Source of the DNA: Bdellovibrionota bacterium
GTDB lineage: Bacteria; Bdellovibrionota_C; UBA2361; JBGSMV01
Length of the DNA stretch: 28,232 bases
NCBI GenBank assembly: GCA_044356455.1
Contig: JBIKWF010000054.1
Location: 1 to 28,232, forward strand
Direction of reading: 5' to 3'
Below, in pieces: positions 23,916-28,232 of the stretch. Numbering within the stretch: position 1 is the first letter of the stretch; each line of letters starts with the position of its first letter. Under the pieces are notes generated by a model. It worked only from the letters and a program-made list of their open reading frames with translations, had not been told where the DNA came from and did no database searches. The position numbers and the translations under genes were made by a program.

Positions 23916-25640
23916 ATGTCTACTGACCCCTCAGATGGAGCCCCAGAGACACCACACGCAGAGTCCGGGAGCGAAGGCTCGCCGCGTGGTTCAAATAGTG
24001 CTCTTTCAATAATGCTCCCGCCCGACAATGCAGTTTGGACCGAGGCACGGCGATTGGCCGCAGACAAGAGCATCCGCGTTGAAGATCTTGCTATCTGCTG
24101 CTCTCAAGACCCCGTGATGGTACTAGAACTCCTCAGGGTCTCTAACGCCATGTTCTTCGCCGGTGGAAAGTCACCCATTACGGCCGCGAAAACTGCCATC
24201 GTTCGGCTCGGATCGGATGTCGTCATCGAGACCCTCGACAAGATGAAAGGCCGAATTCCCCTCGCCGATGATGAAACTGCCTTCTGGTTTGAGACGCATC
24301 GTAGCCGCTGCCGAAGAACTTCAATCGTTGCTCGCATTCTCGGTGAAGCGCTTTCGCGCACGCTGGCCGACGACTGTGCAACTGCGGGCCTCATGCTCTA
24401 CATGGGCGAAATGCTTGCGGTTGCCCATTTTGGAGAACGCTACGTACAGTTAGCCGATCAGCTTTCTAAGAGTGGTCTTAACTACCGCCTTGCCCAAGAT
24501 TACCGCTTCGATGTGGAAAAAATGGGCGTCTCTTACCTAAGAAAGAATGGTATCCCCGAGGCACTTCTCTTTGCTATCGACCGCGAAGGCCGCTCGCGCT
24601 CTCAAGACCGGGTTATTCTTAAACCTCTTTGCTGGGCAGCCGGAGAACTTGTCGATGCTTTTGACTCTAATCGCTGGGAAAAGCTCGCTCCTGGAAAACC
24701 TCTGCCCCCTAAGAGCTCCCTACGCATGCTTCAAATTCCCGATAACCAATACCTAAAAATATACGAGCGCTGCTCCGAGTATCTCTTTGCAGCCAGGCTT
24801 CAAGAGGAGCGTCGTAGACTTGGAGATAGCGCAGCGCAAGATTCTTCTCAGGACCAAGCGCCAAGTGAGACCGTCCAAGTGGAACAATCTGCAAGTTCCG
24901 ACGCACTACAAGATGATATTCAGAATCTACTTAGAGGGACCGCTCTTCCCGAGGAAGAGGAATTCGATGAATCTGAAGCGGAGGAAGATTTTACTCCCGA
25001 TCCGGCACCAGCTCCGCTCAAAAAATCTCCGCCCAGCGCGCCACCTGCAACACCGGGATCGGACGAGGAAGCTTTTGGCCTTGCGCCCTCAGGAACTGCG
25101 GTGGCTCGTCCGGCACGCGGACCCGCTGCGAAAACTAAGCCCAAGGCTCCCGAACTAGTAACTGCTCGAGGCAAGGAAGTCATGCAATCCATGACTAATC
25201 TACTCGATGCTGCCAAGACCGGCGAAGAACTGCTCTCTCAATTGCTCGAGATGCTGGTGAAGTCTGGCACTTTTGAAAAATCAGCACTGATTGTGGTCTC
25301 AAAGGATCGCAAGCGCGCAAAAGTTGTTGCAGCACGCGGCCCTAATATTGGAAACGGACAAACTATCATTATTGACGATCCGCTCTCTCCGCTGGCCCAG
25401 TGTTTTACGAAGGTAAAGTCCTGGGGAAACAAAGGCTCCAAAGATTCGCCCTGGGGTAGCAGCGCTTTCGCGGTCGCTCCCATAGACGCAGCTCATGATA
25501 CGCCCGTTGCGCTGTACGCCGATTGCGGTGCAAAGGGCGCACTCACCTTTGAAGCTCGGCGCATTTTTCGGACGGTGGTAGAGGTGCTGAATAAGAAGCT
25601 CCCGGAAGTTCCAGGCGGTATCCCCGTAGAGCTTAAGTAA
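23916..25640 (+). CDS. HDOD-domain signalling protein with acidic/Pro linker and GAF-like C-terminal domain
   Basis: DLAICCSQDPVMVLELLRVSNAMFF...AIVRLG HDOD signature. The C-terminal ...PVALYADCG...LT resembles a GAF end. Confidence 0.8.
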   Translation: MSTDPSDGAPETPHAESGSEGSPRGSNSALSIMLPPDNAVWTEARRLAADKSIRVEDLAICCSQDPVMVLELLRVSNAMFFAGGKSPITAAKTAIVRLGSDVVIETLDKMKGRIPLADDETAFWFETHRSRCRRTSIVARILGEALSRTLADDCATAGLMLYMGEMLAVAHFGERYVQLADQLSKSGLNYRLAQDYRFDVEKMGVSYLRKNGIPEALLFAIDREGRSRSQDRVILKPLCWAAGELVDAFDSNRWEKLAPGKPLPPKSSLRMLQIPDNQYLKIYERCSEYLFAARLQEERRRLGDSAAQDSSQDQAPSETVQVEQSASSDALQDDIQNLLRGTALPEEEEFDESEAEEDFTPDPAPAPLKKSPPSAPPATPGSDEEAFGLAPSGTAVARPARGPAAKTKPKAPELVTARGKEVMQSMTNLLDAAKTGEELLSQLLEMLVKSGTFEKSALIVVSKDRKRAKVVAARGPNIGNGQTIIIDDPLSPLAQCFTKVKSWGNKGSKDSPWGSSAFAVAPIDAAHDTPVALYADCGAKGALTFEARRIFRTVVEVLNKKLPEVPGGIPVELK

Positions 25641-25842
25641 GAGCGCCAGCACGCTGCAAATCAAGCAATATCAACTGGTTGCATCTTCCAGCACTAGGTC
25701 CCGACCATTTCTCTTCCGTGTGACAGCAAGCGGCTAGACGCCGAACCAAGCCACAGCCTTCCACACGAGGAGGGTGCCAGATTGAGCTCCCCTTTCGGAC
25801 GGTGTAGCCTCCATGGGAACTTCTTGTTTGGTAGATATCTCT

Positions 25843-26397
25843 ATGTTTTCACTTTCTACGTTCACCTCGTCTTTATTCATTCGAACCTTGGCAGTTGGAG
25901 CTGTGGCTCTTACGGTGGCATCTACTACCATTGCTGCCCCCTCAATTGCGCAGGCCGAATTTAAAATCGCAACGGTCGATGTAAATAAGATTTTGAATGA
26001 GTCCACCGCTGCCAAGACCAAGCGAAAGGACCTCGATGAGAGAGCGGGAGCAGCTCGCAAGAAGCTTGAAGAAAAAGGAAAGAGCCTCAAAGAGCGCAAA
26101 GATAAATTAGAACTCGCAAAAGATAAGGCAGACCCGAAGGAAGTTGAAAAATTTCGCGCAGACGCACGCGACTTTGAGCGTACCGTCAAGGATACCGATG
26201 AAGATTTAAAGAAAGAGTTCTTGAAATTCAACCGAGAACTCGCGGATAAGGCGGTAAAGCTTATTAATGAATACGCGAAGAAGAATCAGATTGACCTTGT
26301 TCTCGACAAGAGCCAAGGAAGCCGTGGCCCGGTGCTTTTCGGGCAGCCTTCTTTCGACATCACGAGCGATATTACGCAAGAGATGAACAAGGCCTAA
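25843..26397 (+). CDS. skp: OmpH/Skp periplasmic chaperone
   Basis: Signal peptide AQA|EFKIATVDVNKIL, a coiled-coil body, IDLVLDK and DITSDI. Start could also be 25813. Confidence 0.9.
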   Translation: MFSLSTFTSSLFIRTLAVGAVALTVASTTIAAPSIAQAEFKIATVDVNKILNESTAAKTKRKDLDERAGAARKKLEEKGKSLKERKDKLELAKDKADPKEVEKFRADARDFERTVKDTDEDLKKEFLKFNRELADKAVKLINEYAKKNQIDLVLDKSQGSRGPVLFGQPSFDITSDITQEMNKA

Positions 26398-26455
26398 GCC
26401 AGGCCGCTAGTCCACTAAAAGAAGACGCGAATAGAAGCCACTAATACAAGCCACC

Positions 26456-27274
26456 GTGAGCTCCGAAACAGACCTTGACCGACTCTTTGAAGAGGCTTCT
26501 CAGGGAGACAAGGACTCTGCGCGTGCGTTTCTCCGCGCATTCCTTGAGCTTGAAGTTGTAGTTCCGGATCGTTATCAAAAGCGCGCACTGACCAATCAAC
26601 CTGAATATCCTTCTCCCGTGTTCGCGCTTTTGGGGATAAAGGAAACAGACCGGGTCATCGTTCCCTGCTTTGCCTCCAGTATCCACCTCCTTAAATGGAG
26701 TCCTGAGGCACTCGTCTTTTCAAGGGTTCCCGTAAAGCAACTTCTTACTCGAGTTCCTGATGGCTGGTGGCTCGTTCTAAATCCCTCCAATGAAGTCTCC
26801 AAAGAATTCTCCCCTTGGGAGATTGAACGCTTAAGGGGCGGGGAAGCGAATCTAGAGGAAGTAGTAACGGAGATTTTTAGCGACGCCCCTACTCGTCCAC
26901 TCGAAGTTGCTGCTCTTGAGAATCATGAAGCCACGCCTCTCGTAAAGGCTCTTGGGGAAATCGGAAATACTATACCTGAAGCCAAGAAAATTTTTGTGCT
27001 TCGAGAAACAAGTATGACCGCGGAGGATGAGAAGGTCACGGGAATCATCGTGGGAGTACTTACCCCAGGAGTGACCGAGGCGCGACTTTCAGAGATTGAA
27101 GCTACTATTCAGAATGCCGCTGAGCGCACACTCATTGGATCAGACAGCGTACGTGTTACGTGCGGCTCCGATCTTGAAGGGCTCGCGCTCTCAGCCTTTA
27201 AGGAAAGTTCGCCGGTCTGGGAAAGAAAGGGCGTACTGGAACGACTAATCTCCTCGTTTCTTGGAAGGAGCTAA
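26456..27274 (+). CDS. SseB-family protein
   Basis: RAFLRAFLELEVVVP, VPCFAS, WLVLNP..EVSKEFSPWEI resemble the SseB N-domain; a C-terminal SseB_C-like region follows. Confidence 0.75.
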   Translation: MSSETDLDRLFEEASQGDKDSARAFLRAFLELEVVVPDRYQKRALTNQPEYPSPVFALLGIKETDRVIVPCFASSIHLLKWSPEALVFSRVPVKQLLTRVPDGWWLVLNPSNEVSKEFSPWEIERLRGGEANLEEVVTEIFSDAPTRPLEVAALENHEATPLVKALGEIGNTIPEAKKIFVLRETSMTAEDEKVTGIIVGVLTPGVTEARLSEIEATIQNAAERTLIGSDSVRVTCGSDLEGLALSAFKESSPVWERKGVLERLISSFLGRS

Positions 27275-27628
27275 GTTGCATCCCTCTCAATGATTTCTTT
27301 GCTACGCCCCTGCAAACAATTGGTTCGAATATGCCTCACGCCTCTACGCAAAAACGGGAGGCTGTAGCCTTGAAAAACATGGCTCATCTTAATTCATAAC
27401 CCTCAAATCTTATTGGGTTTCTCTCCCTCCCTGCATCCCCCTTTACCTACACCGGACAAGTGCACGGCGAGACTTATGCGCGAAGCAAGTAGCCATGCTC
27501 AGCGTTTCGCTTAAGAAACGCCTGAAGAGAACAGCTCCATATCCTCTTCTTAGAGTCAGGTTGTGTGGGGGTCCGGCGATTTCTTTTTAACAGTTCGGCC
27601 GGAGAAACTGTATGTTCGGAGGTCTTCA

Positions 27629-28232
27629 ATGTTTCGCCATTCTTTGAGAGTGCGTCTCTCTTCAGTTGCGCTTATGAGCGCGCTGAGTTTCACATCAGCG
27701 TTTTTCGTTACGGCACCAGCTTTTGCCTCAATTGATCATCAAGTTGACTGCCAGAACACAGAGCTGCTCGCAGCCTGCTGGAGCCTGGTGGTAGTACAAG
27801 CCTCTCAGCAGAGCGGAGTGGTCGTGCAACAGGCTTTTGCCGCCGCGGCGACGTTTCCACCAGGAACTTCCCCTGAAGATTGCTGCGTCTGCTCAGGCTA
27901 TAAAAGCCCAGGACTTCCCGACGATCCCGGCCTTCCCTTTGACCAATGGCCGCAGACATTTCCCTGGTGCGATGACGGTGGCGGAGGAGGTATTGGCGGT
28001 ATCGGCGGAACAGGCGGCACCGGTGGAGTCGGCGGCGCTGGTGGAACCGGTGGCGTAGGTGGTACTGGCGGCGACGGCGGAACTGGCGGTGTGGGCGGAA
28101 TTGGTGGCTCAGGCGGCGACGGCGGAGCAGGTGGCACTGGTGGCTCAGGCGGAATTGGCGGAGCTGGCGGTGACGGTGGAACCGGTGGCGCTGGCGGAAC
28201 AGGCGGAGCTGGTGGCACTGGCGGCATTGGTG
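27629..28232 (+). CDS. Secreted glycine-rich (GGX)n protein, 3' end outside window
   Basis: GGAGG SD, ATG 27629, signal peptide ending APAFA, a Cys-rich domain, then uninterrupted GGX repeats from 27977 to the window end. Absent from the ORF track because there is no stop in the window. Confidence 0.85.
   Translation, partial: MFRHSLRVRLSSVALMSALSFTSAFFVTAPAFASIDHQVDCQNTELLAACWSLVVVQASQQSGVVVQQAFAAAATFPPGTSPEDCCVCSGYKSPGLPDDPGLPFDQWPQTFPWCDDGGGGGIGGIGGTGGTGGVGGAGGTGGVGGTGGDGGTGGVGGIGGSGGDGGAGGTGGSGGIGGAGGDGGTGGAGGTGGAGGTGGIG

Noticed and set aside
27898..28227. Pro-rich minus-strand ORF (PPX)n
   Set aside because: Mirror of the GGX gene, which has an SD, a start codon and a signal peptide on the plus strand.

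Overview
Bacterial chromosomal window, probably from a Deltaproteobacteria/Bdellovibrionota-like lineage (inferred from DUF6178-like, HDOD and fibre-type proteins). It mixes housekeeping genes (murI, dinB, infC, fumC, skp/ompH, sseB-like) with surface-related accessory genes. These are a 5'-truncated collagen/fibre adhesin-like gene, an orphan flagellin with a dockerin/EF-hand-like motif in its exposed domain, a GT87 membrane glycosyltransferase, a five-gene glycan cluster (GT2, GT4, NodB-like deacetylase-GT2 fusion, NodS-like methyltransferase, ABC exporter) and a 3'-truncated secreted GGX-repeat protein. Also present are an AT-rich HTH + nucleotidyltransferase cassette, a frameshifted Doc/Fic pseudogene, a ~110-bp MITE and a dispersed family of tandem-9-mer REP-like repeats at gene 3' ends. 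The most intriguing non-annotated signals are a shared sigma28-like promoter motif upstream of the flagellin and HDOD genes, each bracketed by inverted repeats (candidate invertible switch), and a 39-aa leaderless small ORF missed by the ORF track. All calls come from manual reading; no database searches were run.
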